Below are positions 28,073-37,333 of a stretch of 64,000 nt of DNA, piece by piece. How positions within the stretch are numbered: position 1 is the stretch's first letter; each line of letters opens with the position of its first letter. Source of the stretch: Candidatus Micrarchaeota archaeon (lineage in GTDB: Archaea; Micrarchaeota; Micrarchaeia; Micrarchaeales; Micrarchaeaceae); contig JAKAWW010000001.1 of NCBI GenBank assembly GCA_021816895.1, forward strand, positions 493,067 to 557,066. The letters are read 5' to 3'. The notes below the pieces were generated by a model. That model made no database searches. It saw nothing but the letters and a program-made list of their open reading frames with translations, and was not told the origin of the DNA. The position numbers were made by a program, and so were the translations under genes.

Positions 28073-28756
28073 CTACACCTTAATTCGCTTTTTGCGTGGC
28101 GTCCTGTTTTGCATAACGATTGATTTGCGCTTAATGCCTTCTACTAAAGTATTATAGCTAGGAGCGACACCTTCATAAACGACGTCATTTAATGAGCCTT
28201 TATCTATCGGAGGAACTATCACGTTTAGAAATGCCTTCAGCATACTTTTGGTCCTTGAACTTATCGCCTGCGTCGTTACAATGTAGTAGATGTCATACAG
28301 ATCTCGCTCGTATCTTCTGCTTTTGTAAGCGCTTATTTTTTCCAAGATGAAATCTTCTGCGCTTAAGGTATTCACAAACATGAGTGAGCCATCTGCTCTT
28401 TCATATTCCATCGGCACGCCCTTTACTTTGGTATTTAATGCCATCTCTAGTTTGATTTTTGCTTCGTTGTTAAATATGCTTATTGTATTGGCCATTAGTG
28501 CGCTGTAGCTCATAGAAAGGTTGCGTTTTGAGAGCTCCCATGTTAGCCTATTATAGATTTCTTCCTTCTGTAATTTTGATACATATATGTCTAAATCGTA
28601 AGAAAATCTCTTGCCATTATAGCAACGCCATATAGCTGTACCGCCATGCAAAACAATCTTGCTGTCCAATGCCAAAAGCGATTCCACCGCAAGATCTTGT
28701 ATTCTTGCTATTGCAACCTGCATATGCGATTTTAGCTTTATCTCTATTGGATCCAC
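28073..28756 (-). CDS. AbiEii/AbiGii-family nucleotidyltransferase toxin-like protein
   Basis: LHGGTAIWRCYNGKRFSYDLDIYV gives the pol-beta NTase G-G ... D-x-D. EKISAYKSRRYERDLYDIYYI gives the conserved R-D-l-Y-D motif. Confidence 0.65.
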   Translation of the reverse strand: MDPIEIKLKSHMQVAIARIQDLAVESLLALDSKIVLHGGTAIWRCYNGKRFSYDLDIYVSKLQKEEIYNRLTWELSKRNLSMSYSALMANTISIFNNEAKIKLEMALNTKVKGVPMEYERADGSLMFVNTLSAEDFILEKISAYKSRRYERDLYDIYYIVTTQAISSRTKSMLKAFLNVIVPPIDKGSLNDVVYEGVAPSYNTLVEGIKRKSIVMQNRTPRKKRIKV

Positions 28757-28911
28757 TTAATCACTCACCTTTCAGTTAATATTAATAAACGAAAGTTATA
28801 TAATTATATAACATTGGTATGATTAGCTTATGGAGTGAGGGAACTACTATGGTGCAGGCTGTTGGCTTTTATACTGCGGCAATTTTACTCTAAATCCTGG
28901 ATAGATGCCAA

Positions 28912-30345
28912 CTACGTGCTTTTCATGGCCTTGCCCCTGTTTTCACTGCCTCTTATATATGAGAAGATTCCTGCAAGAACGAGCATCGCCAAAAGCACTA
29001 TGAATGCCGCATGCATGCCAGACACAAAGCCCTTGCTTATGCCTCCTATGACTTTTGACGTTCCTGCAAATATCTCAAAAGCCAGATATCTTGGTATCGC
29101 AGAAGCGGCAGCTGCAAATGCTATGATAAAGCTGCCTATAAGGCCAAGGCTGCTGAAAAGCCTCAGGGTTCCAGAAGCGGCACCGCGAAGCTCGCCTACC
29201 ACATTAGCCATTACCGCACTGTTGTTAGAAGGCCAGAACATTGCCCCGCCAAACCCCGTTATTATTGTGCCTATAATTATGTAATAAGCAGGAGAAGAAA
29301 CCCCCAGCAATACAATATAGTAAAAGACGCCTGCAACCATGAACAGTATGCCTGTTGTGGCTATAGGCCTTGCGCCGTATTTATCAGACAGCCTTCCCAT
29401 ATACGGTGCAAGCACTCCGCTCACTATGTATCCAGGGAAGAGCAAAAGCGAGGCGTAAAATGGTGTATAGCCGCGAACGCCCTGGAGGTACATTATGAGC
29501 AAAAATGTAACACCCATAAATCCCAGGCCCTGAAATAGTGCTGCAAAAAGAGAATTCCTGAATATCTTGTTCGAAAACATGGAGAAGTTAATTGTAGGCA
29601 TCTTGACTTTCCTGTCTATTGCTGCAAAGATTGCAGCTGCAATTACACCAAGCACTGCAAGCGTTATGTTGATGCTTGTCATGCCTGCAGAAGCATAATT
29701 TATGCCTGCATAAGCAATAAGAGCAATTGCAGAACCCAATGCCACCATGCCTGGCATATCTACGGTATCTTTTGTCCTATTCGGATCCTTCACGTATTTC
29801 AGGCCGAGCAGCACTGCAATAATGCCTATAGGCACATTAATGAAGAATATATACCTATAACCTATGAATGTTGTTATCACACCACCCAGCAATATCCCTA
29901 AAAGCGCTCCTATGTTCCAGCTCATAGATGTGTACCCATAAGCCCTGCCTATCCTATGCCTTTCAAAAGTATCAGCGATGATGGCGCTGCTGTTAGAAGA
30001 TATGAGGGCTCCTCCTATGGCCTGTATGGCCCTAAAAGCGATCAGGCTCACATCGCTAGGCGCTATGCCGCACAGGAATGATGCAATAGTGAATATCGCA
30101 AAACCAAGATTGAACATCCTGCTCCTTCCATATATATCCCCAATTCGGCCTAATTGAGTTGAGAATATCGCCACAACAATAATGTAGATCAGTATAACCC
30201 ATATTATTGTCGAAATGCTCGAATGAAGGTCTGCAGTCATTGATGGGAACGCAAGCAGAACAATTGTAGAATCTATCGAAGCCATCAGAGTGCCGATTAC
30301 CACTACCGTGAGAATCATGTTTTCATGTGGATTTATGCTGGACAT
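28912..30345 (-). CDS. MFS transporter, 14-TMS DHA2 (EmrB/QacA-like) type
   Basis: About 14 hydrophobic segments. LGRIGDIYGRSRMF is MFS motif A. Start taken at the ATG (MSSINPH). Confidence 0.85.
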   Translation of the reverse strand: MSSINPHENMILTVVVIGTLMASIDSTIVLLAFPSMTADLHSSISTIIWVILIYIIVVAIFSTQLGRIGDIYGRSRMFNLGFAIFTIASFLCGIAPSDVSLIAFRAIQAIGGALISSNSSAIIADTFERHRIGRAYGYTSMSWNIGALLGILLGGVITTFIGYRYIFFINVPIGIIAVLLGLKYVKDPNRTKDTVDMPGMVALGSAIALIAYAGINYASAGMTSINITLAVLGVIAAAIFAAIDRKVKMPTINFSMFSNKIFRNSLFAALFQGLGFMGVTFLLIMYLQGVRGYTPFYASLLLFPGYIVSGVLAPYMGRLSDKYGARPIATTGILFMVAGVFYYIVLLGVSSPAYYIIIGTIITGFGGAMFWPSNNSAVMANVVGELRGAASGTLRLFSSLGLIGSFIIAFAAAASAIPRYLAFEIFAGTSKVIGGISKGFVSGMHAAFIVLLAMLVLAGIFSYIRGSENRGKAMKST

Positions 30346-30458
30346 AATATGTGCATGTTGTTTTGCATTTTTTTTGAGATAGAATAACAAAAACAACCTA
30401 TAAATAGCTATTGAAAATTTTTATTACTGATAATTCATTTTGGAGCAACTTCTACAAA

Positions 30459-30575
30459 CTACCATAGAAAAATCATAAACTCCTGCACAATGCCCTTCGG
30501 AGCAGGAGGTGCTGGCTTAGGCTCCAGTAGCACCCTTATCCTCTTCAGTTCTTGCAATAATTCATCGTTGTCCAT
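30459..30575 (-). CDS. small proline-rich ORF (38 aa), possibly a gene remnant
   Basis: Hand translation gives MDNDELLQELKRIRVLLEPKPAPPAPKGIVQEFMIFLW. Below the ORF-track cut-off and otherwise unsupported. Confidence 0.2.
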   Translation of the reverse strand: MDNDELLQELKRIRVLLEPKPAPPAPKGIVQEFMIFLW

Positions 30576-30692
30576 GCAATTCCCGTAATCATTGTTATGC
30601 CGTTTTATTAATATCTATATCTCAATCAAAAGATTGGCGCTATCATCAGTAAGCTTTTTGTGACAGCAGCAGGTTCCTCATTACCAGTAATG

Positions 30693-30801
30693 AGCCCCAA
30701 GGGGGAATTGAACCCTCGACCTCCTGTTTTCCAGCCTTCTTGGTTAAACTTCTTTCCAAGAAGTTTACGAGACAGGCGCTCTACCACTGAGCTACTGGGG
30801 C
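30693..30801 (-). tRNA. tRNA-Thr (anticodon CGU) with a 37-nt intron after position 37
   Basis: Reverse complement folds as GCCCCAG-TA-GCTC-AGTGGTA-GAGC-G-CCTGT-CTCGTA[intron]A-ACAGG-AGGTC-GAGGG-TTCAATT-CCCCC-TTGGGGC-T. The intron contains the helix CTTCTTGG/CCAAGAAG. There is one A:C mismatch in the T stem. CCA is not encoded. Confidence 0.8.
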
Positions 30802-30916
30802 TTTTGCAGTCTATTAAATAGTTAGATATAATTATAAATACAGTTTGGTAGCGTTGGTAACAATTCTGTGCACATGCTTTAAATAAGTAAAATCCATATT
30901 AAATTAGGGGGATTAT

Positions 30917-31639
30917 ATGGCTTTAAATGGAAAAAACGCGCTAGTTGTTGGAGTGGGCCCTGGCCTGGGGAGCGCTACGGCGTACATGCTACTTAAAGAC
31001 GGAGCCAAGGTTGCCATATGCTCAAGGACACAGGATAAAATAGAAGAGATAGCAAAATCATTATCAAAGTATGGCAAGGTCGAATACATAGTGGGCGACG
31101 CATCAACACAGAAAAGCGCTACAGAGATAATAAATCAGTCTGTGAAGAAACTTGGGAGTATAGACTTGCTCGTTCTTACTGTGGGTAATTACGTGTCAAC
31201 AAGCATTGGGAGTATAAATGAAAAGGATATAGACAACCTCTTTGGAGCCAACATAAAGGCGCCGCTGTTCTTGGTAGACGCGGCAAAGAGATTTATGAAA
31301 AGAGGTTCATCGATAGTCTTGGTATCTTCAGTATTTGGCCTTTATAAAAGCGGCAAGAATTCATTTGCATATTCTGCTGCAAAGGCAGGAGTGGCCAAGC
31401 TCGCAGAGACACTCGCCCAAGAGCTTGTGCTTGATGGCATACGGGTGAATGCGGTTGCGCCGCTCTCAATGCGCTTCGACTTCGAGCCTGAGCGGGATTG
31501 GAAGAAAGAGCGCAAACTTGGCGATTCGGAGTGCCCACCAGAGGATGTTGCAAGTGTCATAAGGTGGCTTGCTTCAGAAGAATCGGAATGGGTAGACGGA
31601 GTAACCATACCTGTTGACGGTGGAGCAAGGCTAAAGTAG
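30917..31639 (+). CDS. short-chain dehydrogenase/reductase (SDR)
   Basis: Cofactor motif ALVVGVGPGLGSA and catalytic YSAAKAG (Y-x3-K). Confidence 0.85.
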   Translation: MALNGKNALVVGVGPGLGSATAYMLLKDGAKVAICSRTQDKIEEIAKSLSKYGKVEYIVGDASTQKSATEIINQSVKKLGSIDLLVLTVGNYVSTSIGSINEKDIDNLFGANIKAPLFLVDAAKRFMKRGSSIVLVSSVFGLYKSGKNSFAYSAAKAGVAKLAETLAQELVLDGIRVNAVAPLSMRFDFEPERDWKKERKLGDSECPPEDVASVIRWLASEESEWVDGVTIPVDGGARLK

Positions 31640-31671
31640 CATCAAAAGGTGATATCACGAAAAGCAAAAAC

Positions 31672-32244
31672 GTGTATACCGAGTTGAATGACATTGTGGC
31701 GCCTGAACACGCCGCGCTAATCGTATGGGATGTGCAGAAGATGCTAGTTGATCGCATATTCAACAAAGATGAATTCCTGCAGAAGATAGGCAAGCTCATC
31801 GAGGCAGCGCGAAAAGCAGATGTGCCAGTATTCTTCACGAAGATAACGCCGCTGCCTGAAAGATTTGAATCTAAGGCGAGGCTTGCCGCAATGAAGAACT
31901 GGGGCACCATGAGCAACGACAAGAGCATGTTCGAGCTTGCTGTGCAACCAAACGAAAATGAGGTAGTAATCAACAAGAATACAGCAAGCATCTTCGTTGG
32001 CACGAACTTCGAGCTGATGGCAAGGAACGCAGGCATAGAAGCTCTTATATTTACAGGTATAGCGACCGAGATAGGCATAGAATCAAGCGCAAGGGATGCG
32101 CTTAACAGGGGCTTCTACGCTGTGGTGGCAAAGGATGCAGTGTCATCGGGCGACAAGGAGGCTCACGAGCGCTCGCTTGCAAACATGCAGAAGCTTTTGA
32201 CAATTGCAAGCTCTGAAGATATAGCAAAAGCGTGGGAAGCCTGA
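31672..32244 (+). CDS. isochorismatase-family cysteine hydrolase
   Basis: ALIVWDVQ and FTGIATEIGIESSARDA fit the family, though the Cys position reads I-G-I and needs an alignment check. Typical length of 190 aa. Confidence 0.7.
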   Translation: MYTELNDIVAPEHAALIVWDVQKMLVDRIFNKDEFLQKIGKLIEAARKADVPVFFTKITPLPERFESKARLAAMKNWGTMSNDKSMFELAVQPNENEVVINKNTASIFVGTNFELMARNAGIEALIFTGIATEIGIESSARDALNRGFYAVVAKDAVSSGDKEAHERSLANMQKLLTIASSEDIAKAWEA

Positions 32245-32274
32245 CCGCTTTGCTCTTCTTTTTCATCTTTGCAT

Positions 32275-33057
32275 TTATAGCTTGAACCTCGGCCCCTTCT
32301 CCTTCCCCATTGCTCCGAATGCGCCCAATGCCGCGCCTACGAGCCCTGCAGCTCCTCCGGCCTCTGATGCTGTCGGATTGCCGCCTGCCGTGCCTCTGGA
32401 TGAGCCCAAGCTTTCCGCAAGCCTCAGCCTTGATACACTGTGCATTATTATCTTTCCAGGGCCTTGGAATTTGGCCATCCAGAAGCCTTCTCCACCAACA
32501 AGTTCTGCCTTGATGCTTCCGACCTTGCCTAAATGTATCTGCATATCTCCGCTAAATACTGCAAGGTGCCCCGGATCAACATTCATTGTGGAGCCTGCTT
32601 CAAGATCGTATTCGATTATGTCCCCGCTTACGTGCACAAACACTACACATGGGCCGTCAAAGCGCTCAAGGAATACGCCGGCCCCGGCAGCTGCGCCCCT
32701 CCATGAAGCCTGCACATTAATCTTTGTAGGATCGTTTGTCGCGAGGAATGCAAAGTGCTCGACGTATATGGATTCGCCGTCCTTAAGCTCGATGACCTTG
32801 ACCTTGCCTGGTATGACTCCTGCTAGTGAAATGACGCCGTTGTCGCTCTGCGCTGTGCCTTCAAGCATGAAGACGCTTGTTCCTGCGAATGCCATTTCAG
32901 CGCCTTTCAGGAAGCCCGCGCCGCCGCCCCACTTTGCGTTGAGTGCTATGTTGTCGCTTCTGCTTGCCAATTTGCTGCCGTCAACATAAATCTTCTCCCC
33001 TGTATTGAGCTTTATGTTCACCATCTGCATCGATGATCCTATGATCTGATACTCCAT
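32275..33057 (-). CDS. AIM24/TIGR00266-family protein
   Basis: MEYQIIGSSMQMVNIKLNTGEKIYVDGSKLA and a Gly-rich tail match the DUF124/AIM24 pattern. The antisense ORF 32282-32989 is Pro/Ser/Ala-rich and was rejected. Confidence 0.65.
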   Translation of the reverse strand: MEYQIIGSSMQMVNIKLNTGEKIYVDGSKLASRSDNIALNAKWGGGAGFLKGAEMAFAGTSVFMLEGTAQSDNGVISLAGVIPGKVKVIELKDGESIYVEHFAFLATNDPTKINVQASWRGAAAGAGVFLERFDGPCVVFVHVSGDIIEYDLEAGSTMNVDPGHLAVFSGDMQIHLGKVGSIKAELVGGEGFWMAKFQGPGKIIMHSVSRLRLAESLGSSRGTAGGNPTASEAGGAAGLVGAALGAFGAMGKEKGPRFKL

Positions 33058-33165
33058 GATACCACCTATTTCATAAAGAAAGAAAAATTATTAAATGTGC
33101 CTAATGTCGCGCTGCCTTATAATGCCGATATGATTTAGTAGCATATTCCACAAAATTCCTATATA

Positions 33166-34287
33166 ATGATTAAAGCCTTTTGCCGCGCTTTTTGTAGTAT
33201 GTTTTTAATGTTGATGCTATATGGATATTTTTTGGCTGTTGTATTTGTAGCCGTAATCGCTTTGGATGCCAGAGGTATTGTTAACAAACGAGAGACATTC
33301 AAGAGCAGCGAACGCTATGAGCCCAGGGTATTGGTCATACTTCCTGCAAAAGGAACCGACCTTGACCAGAGGGGCAACTTTTTGTCGCTCGCTAAGCAGG
33401 ATTATGAAAATTATGATATTGTAGCCGTAGTTGATACGCCTGAAGACGAAGCCACAGAAACTGCAGCAGTTGCTGGAATCAAGGTAGAAGTGGCCAAAGG
33501 CAGATGCAAAAAGTGCAGCGGCAAGAACAAGGCTATTGCTTACGCGCTAAACAAATTCAAGAACTACGATGTGTATGTGATTGCTGATTCAGATATAAGG
33601 GCTGGCAAAGCATGGCTAAGAAAGCTAATAAAGCCGCTTGCCGATCCAGAGATAGGTACATCTACCACATTTCCTGCTTTTGTGCCGGTTGGCTATGGCT
33701 TTTGGTCATATACCAAAATGCTTTGGGGGCTTGTAGGGCAGAGTCTCATGAGCAGCAACAGAACGCGCTTCGGCTGGGGCGGGTCGCTCGCATTCAAGAA
33801 GGATCTTGTAGACAAAAGGCTCATGCGCCTGCTCGAAGAATCGAAATACGCGGTTTCGGACGACATCTGCATAACAAAGCGAACTAAAGAAAAGGGCTTC
33901 AAAATAGCATATGTAAAGGAGGCTGCGCCAATAGTGTACACAAGAGAAACAATGCACTCATTCATGGAATGGGCCAATAGGCAATCTGCACTGACGCTTT
34001 TGGGATACAGGGGCAACCTCTACATGGGCGTTGCGTATTATTCTTCTGAGCTCCTTCTCTTCGCTTCGGGAATTGTAATGGCTGTGCTTGTGAGCCCCTT
34101 GTACGCTGTGCTTTTGCTTCATTTCGCGATAAGCGAGTATAGAGCTTTTTCAAGAGCGCCAAAGATGAACGCAAGCATTTTTGTAATAGCGGCGTTCATG
34201 CCAGCGCTTTATCTATACAATCTCGTGAAAGCATCAAGGATGAAACGCATTGAATGGCGCGGCAGGAGTTACGCCATGCAGCATTAA
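33166..34287 (+). CDS. family 2 glycosyltransferase (membrane-bound, ceramide-glucosyltransferase-like layout)
   Basis: VLVILPAKG, IADSDI (DxD) and GWGGSLAF, with an N-terminal TMS and C-terminal TMSs. Confidence 0.7.
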   Translation: MIKAFCRAFCSMFLMLMLYGYFLAVVFVAVIALDARGIVNKRETFKSSERYEPRVLVILPAKGTDLDQRGNFLSLAKQDYENYDIVAVVDTPEDEATETAAVAGIKVEVAKGRCKKCSGKNKAIAYALNKFKNYDVYVIADSDIRAGKAWLRKLIKPLADPEIGTSTTFPAFVPVGYGFWSYTKMLWGLVGQSLMSSNRTRFGWGGSLAFKKDLVDKRLMRLLEESKYAVSDDICITKRTKEKGFKIAYVKEAAPIVYTRETMHSFMEWANRQSALTLLGYRGNLYMGVAYYSSELLLFASGIVMAVLVSPLYAVLLLHFAISEYRAFSRAPKMNASIFVIAAFMPALYLYNLVKASRMKRIEWRGRSYAMQH

Positions 34288-34330
34288 AACTGGTAATAAG
34301 AACAAAGCAAAACAAAAAAGAAGAAACAGA

Positions 34331-35428
34331 CTATATGCGCCTCCTGGACTTCATGTATGCATATGCCAGTATAAGGATTATTACTATTACTACAATCACG
34401 TATATGTACACATAGTAGCTGCTAGCGTGGCTTGGCGTTGCCACTGGAATAGTAGTTGAAGGAGCTACAGAGGTCGAAGGTGCCACGCTGGTACTTGCGC
34501 TTGTAGCTACTGGCACAGGCATCTCAAATACCCACATCACAGGCTTGAAGAAGACACTGTTTACCATTGATGTTGAATTCTTGTGCACCCAAGTATCTGC
34601 GAATGCATACTTTCCGCCCTTATATACTGTGCCATTCAATGTGCCACCCAAAAATGTCCAGCTGGTAACGTTTTCCCCTGCCTTAACCGTGCTTATTATA
34701 GCGTATGGCTTGCCGCTTGCATTCACGAATTCGATGGTTGGTGAGATCTTGCCGTTAACTTCAAAGGCATATGCGCCTACTGGCACGTAACTTGATTCGT
34801 TGGGCGGGCTGCCAAGATTTGAAACTGAAAACAGCGCAAGGGTGAAATTGTAGTTTTTGTAGGTGACATTATTTTCAAGCACGTATGTGCCAGGCCTTAT
34901 TGTAGCCATGATTGAGTTGTTCGCAACAGACAGCGTTGCGCCTGCGCTTCCATTTATTGGCAATGTCGTGGAATTGACGAGCATGAATAACGGCGTTGTA
35001 GAAGGCGCCACTGTAGTGGTTGCCACGCTTGTTGTTGCAGGCTGGCCTTGCACAGTAACACGCAATGGCACAGCAGCTATTGATGGGTCATCGCCAGTCG
35101 CATATACATATACTGTATAATTGCCCGGAGAAGCACTGCTTGATGCGCTTACCGTCATTGTGCCGCTATATGTCGGATCGCCGTATGTTGTAGAGAAGCT
35201 AGCGCTGATGCCCTGAGAGGAGAGCGTGCTCGCATTCTCAATGCCTATCGTGGTGCCCCATGTGGAGCCGCTGTAAAGCTTCACTGTATACTGGAGCTGC
35301 GCGCTTGAACCAGGAGCAACAGTTACGCTTGTGCTGCTCAGCTGTATTTCCGATTTTCCATAACCTTGAGCAAAAGCGATCGGCGCTGCTAGAAGCACCA
35401 ATGCCAATGCAAAAACAATAGCCTTCAT
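34331..35428 (-). CDS. secreted, C-terminally anchored surface (glyco)protein
   Basis: Signal peptide MKAIVFALALVLLAAPIAFAQG, many N-x-S/T sequons, a Ser/Thr/Pro linker with tandem STSVAP, and the C-terminal TMS YYVYIYVIVVIVIILILAYAY followed by KSRRRI. Confidence 0.6.
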   Translation of the reverse strand: MKAIVFALALVLLAAPIAFAQGYGKSEIQLSSTSVTVAPGSSAQLQYTVKLYSGSTWGTTIGIENASTLSSQGISASFSTTYGDPTYSGTMTVSASSSASPGNYTVYVYATGDDPSIAAVPLRVTVQGQPATTSVATTTVAPSTTPLFMLVNSTTLPINGSAGATLSVANNSIMATIRPGTYVLENNVTYKNYNFTLALFSVSNLGSPPNESSYVPVGAYAFEVNGKISPTIEFVNASGKPYAIISTVKAGENVTSWTFLGGTLNGTVYKGGKYAFADTWVHKNSTSMVNSVFFKPVMWVFEMPVPVATSASTSVAPSTSVAPSTTIPVATPSHASSYYVYIYVIVVIVIILILAYAYMKSRRRI

Positions 35429-35444
35429 ATACCCACCATCTTTG

Positions 35445-35603
35445 CTACTTGCCTTTCGCGTCAATCGCTATCCAGATCACGTCTGCTATGAATATGATTA
35501 TGCCCAATGCCAGCCAGATAGCAACTCTGTAGCTCGTAGCGGTCCAGTACAGGTCCGCTATCAGTATTATTATGCCTAAAACGACACCAAGTTTGTTGGC
35601 CAT
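35445..35603 (-). CDS. small two-TMS membrane protein (52 aa) with an internal duplication
   Basis: Hand translation gives MANKLGVVLGIIILIADLYWTATSYRVAIWLALGIIIFIADVIWIAIDAKGK. Below the ORF-track cut-off. Confidence 0.4.
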   Translation of the reverse strand: MANKLGVVLGIIILIADLYWTATSYRVAIWLALGIIIFIADVIWIAIDAKGK

Positions 35604-35661
35604 ATTAGGTTAAGCGTAGTATAGCTTTTAAAACGTTTCCAAAAAGGGCGTTTACGCCAAG

Positions 35662-36597
35662 TTAAGTCCTGCGTTTCTTTGACCGCTTTTTGCCGTATTT
35701 CAGTGCATATGCAAAGGTAAGCAGCTTTGCCGCAAACGGGACAATCCTTGGCGAAATACTGCCCATGCTATGCAGGGATTGCAGCTTCATCCGGTGCGCA
35801 ATTAAAAAATTTTTTATTGATGCTGCCTCATCGACACTAAGGCGCCATCCTGCCGCGCCTGCGTTTTCTTCTATGTGTGCTACGCTGCCTGCTTTTGGTA
35901 TTGCGAAAACATTGTCTCTTGAAATTAGGTAGTTGAGCGCGACCTGTGAGGCGCTCTTTGAGTGCCTTGCGCCTATGTCATTTAGAAACACCAGAAGATC
36001 CTTGTTCCATTTATCGAATATGGCGCCCCTCGCCAGTGGGCTGTATGCTATTACTGATATGTGCTCATCTTTGCAGTAGTCGATAAGCCCGTCCTCGATG
36101 TTGCGCACCATTATGCTGTATTCTACCTGGTTTGACACGATATCGTATTTTTTCATCGATTCCTGCGCTTCATTCAGTTCTTCAATAGAAAAATTACTCA
36201 CGCCTATATACCTTATCTTTCCATCGTCAACGAGCTTCTCCATGGCTTTCATCGTTTCGTTTATGGGTATTGAACTGTTTGGCCAGTGTATCTGGTACAG
36301 GTCAATGTGCTTCACATTCAGCCTTGAAAGGCTCGCGTTGCATGCTTTTATGACATCATTGTAATGAAGATGCTGCGGCGACACCTTTGTAGCCACAAAC
36401 ACCTGCCTGCCTTTTATGGCCTCGCCCACAAAAGCTTCATTTGCATACATTTCTGCCGTATCAACGAAGCTCATGCCCAAATCTATCGCTTTGCGGATTG
36501 CTGAAAGCTCATCGTTGTAGTGCGCCCCCATCTTCCACGTGCCGATACCTATCGCGGGTATCTTTTCTCCCGTTTTGCCCAGCTCCTTCGTTTCCAT
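35662..36597 (-). CDS. aldo/keto reductase
   Basis: LGKTGEKIPAIGIGTW, FVDTAEMY and LYQIHWP are AKR signature segments. Start taken at METKELG. There is a basic C-terminal extension. Confidence 0.85.
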   Translation of the reverse strand: METKELGKTGEKIPAIGIGTWKMGAHYNDELSAIRKAIDLGMSFVDTAEMYANEAFVGEAIKGRQVFVATKVSPQHLHYNDVIKACNASLSRLNVKHIDLYQIHWPNSSIPINETMKAMEKLVDDGKIRYIGVSNFSIEELNEAQESMKKYDIVSNQVEYSIMVRNIEDGLIDYCKDEHISVIAYSPLARGAIFDKWNKDLLVFLNDIGARHSKSASQVALNYLISRDNVFAIPKAGSVAHIEENAGAAGWRLSVDEAASIKNFLIAHRMKLQSLHSMGSISPRIVPFAAKLLTFAYALKYGKKRSKKRRT

Positions 36598-36746
36598 TGT
36601 AGGTACTTCTGAATTAACGTATAAAAGATTTGGCATTTTAGCGGCAATACGCAGCTGCATAATGCATCTGTCTTAGCATCCGCAGTAATCCGGTAAAGAA
36701 GCATTAGGGCAACATTTTTATTTGTTGAAATTTACTTCTTTGCATT

Positions 36747-37304
36747 ATGAAGATTTTAGTGTTTGGATTCTCACTGAGGAAAGGCTCGTTCTCTAGAACC
36801 ATAGCGGAAGCATGCGAGGAGCTAGCACCAAAAGGCACAGAGATAGAACTTTACGACATTGCAGACATACCGATATTCAATCAGGATTTGGAGCATTCTA
36901 TGCCTGAAAGCGTTATTCGCTTCAAAGATGCAATAAGAAACAGCGACGCGCTGCTCATAGTGATGCCCGAGTACAATTACTCTGTGCCGGGATACCTGAA
37001 AAATGCAATAGACTTTGCATCGAGGCCCCATCAAGACAACGTGTTTGCAGGCAAGCCAGTAGGCATAATATCGGAATCGACTGGTTTGCTTGGCGGCGCA
37101 AGGGCGCAATACCACATGCGCCAGTCTTTTGTGTTTTTAGAAGTGGTAGACATGAAAAAGCCTGAAGCTTTCATAACTTTTGCATCAGAAAAAATAAAGG
37201 ATGGAAAGGTAGTGGATGAAACCACAAAAGAGCACATATCAAAGTATATATCAGCACTGGCGGATTTTGCCAAGGCCAACGCGAATAGAAATAAAGTAGC
37301 ATAG
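36747..37304 (+). CDS. NADPH-dependent FMN reductase
   Basis: MKILVFGFSLRKGSFS and PEYNYSVPGYLKNAIDFAS are typical of the FMN_red family. Confidence 0.8.
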   Translation: MKILVFGFSLRKGSFSRTIAEACEELAPKGTEIELYDIADIPIFNQDLEHSMPESVIRFKDAIRNSDALLIVMPEYNYSVPGYLKNAIDFASRPHQDNVFAGKPVGIISESTGLLGGARAQYHMRQSFVFLEVVDMKKPEAFITFASEKIKDGKVVDETTKEHISKYISALADFAKANANRNKVA

Positions 37305-37333
37305 CTTTTATACATTGTAGCTTATATACGATT

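Noticed and set aside
27330-30693. Integrated element targeted to the 3' end of tRNA-Thr
   Set aside because: I found no second copy of the tRNA 3' segment in the spacers at 27.3-27.5 kb or 28.76-28.91 kb, and there is no integrase.
32282-32989. 235-aa plus-strand ORF
   Set aside because: Pro/Ser/Ala-rich and low complexity, antisense to the AIM24-family gene.
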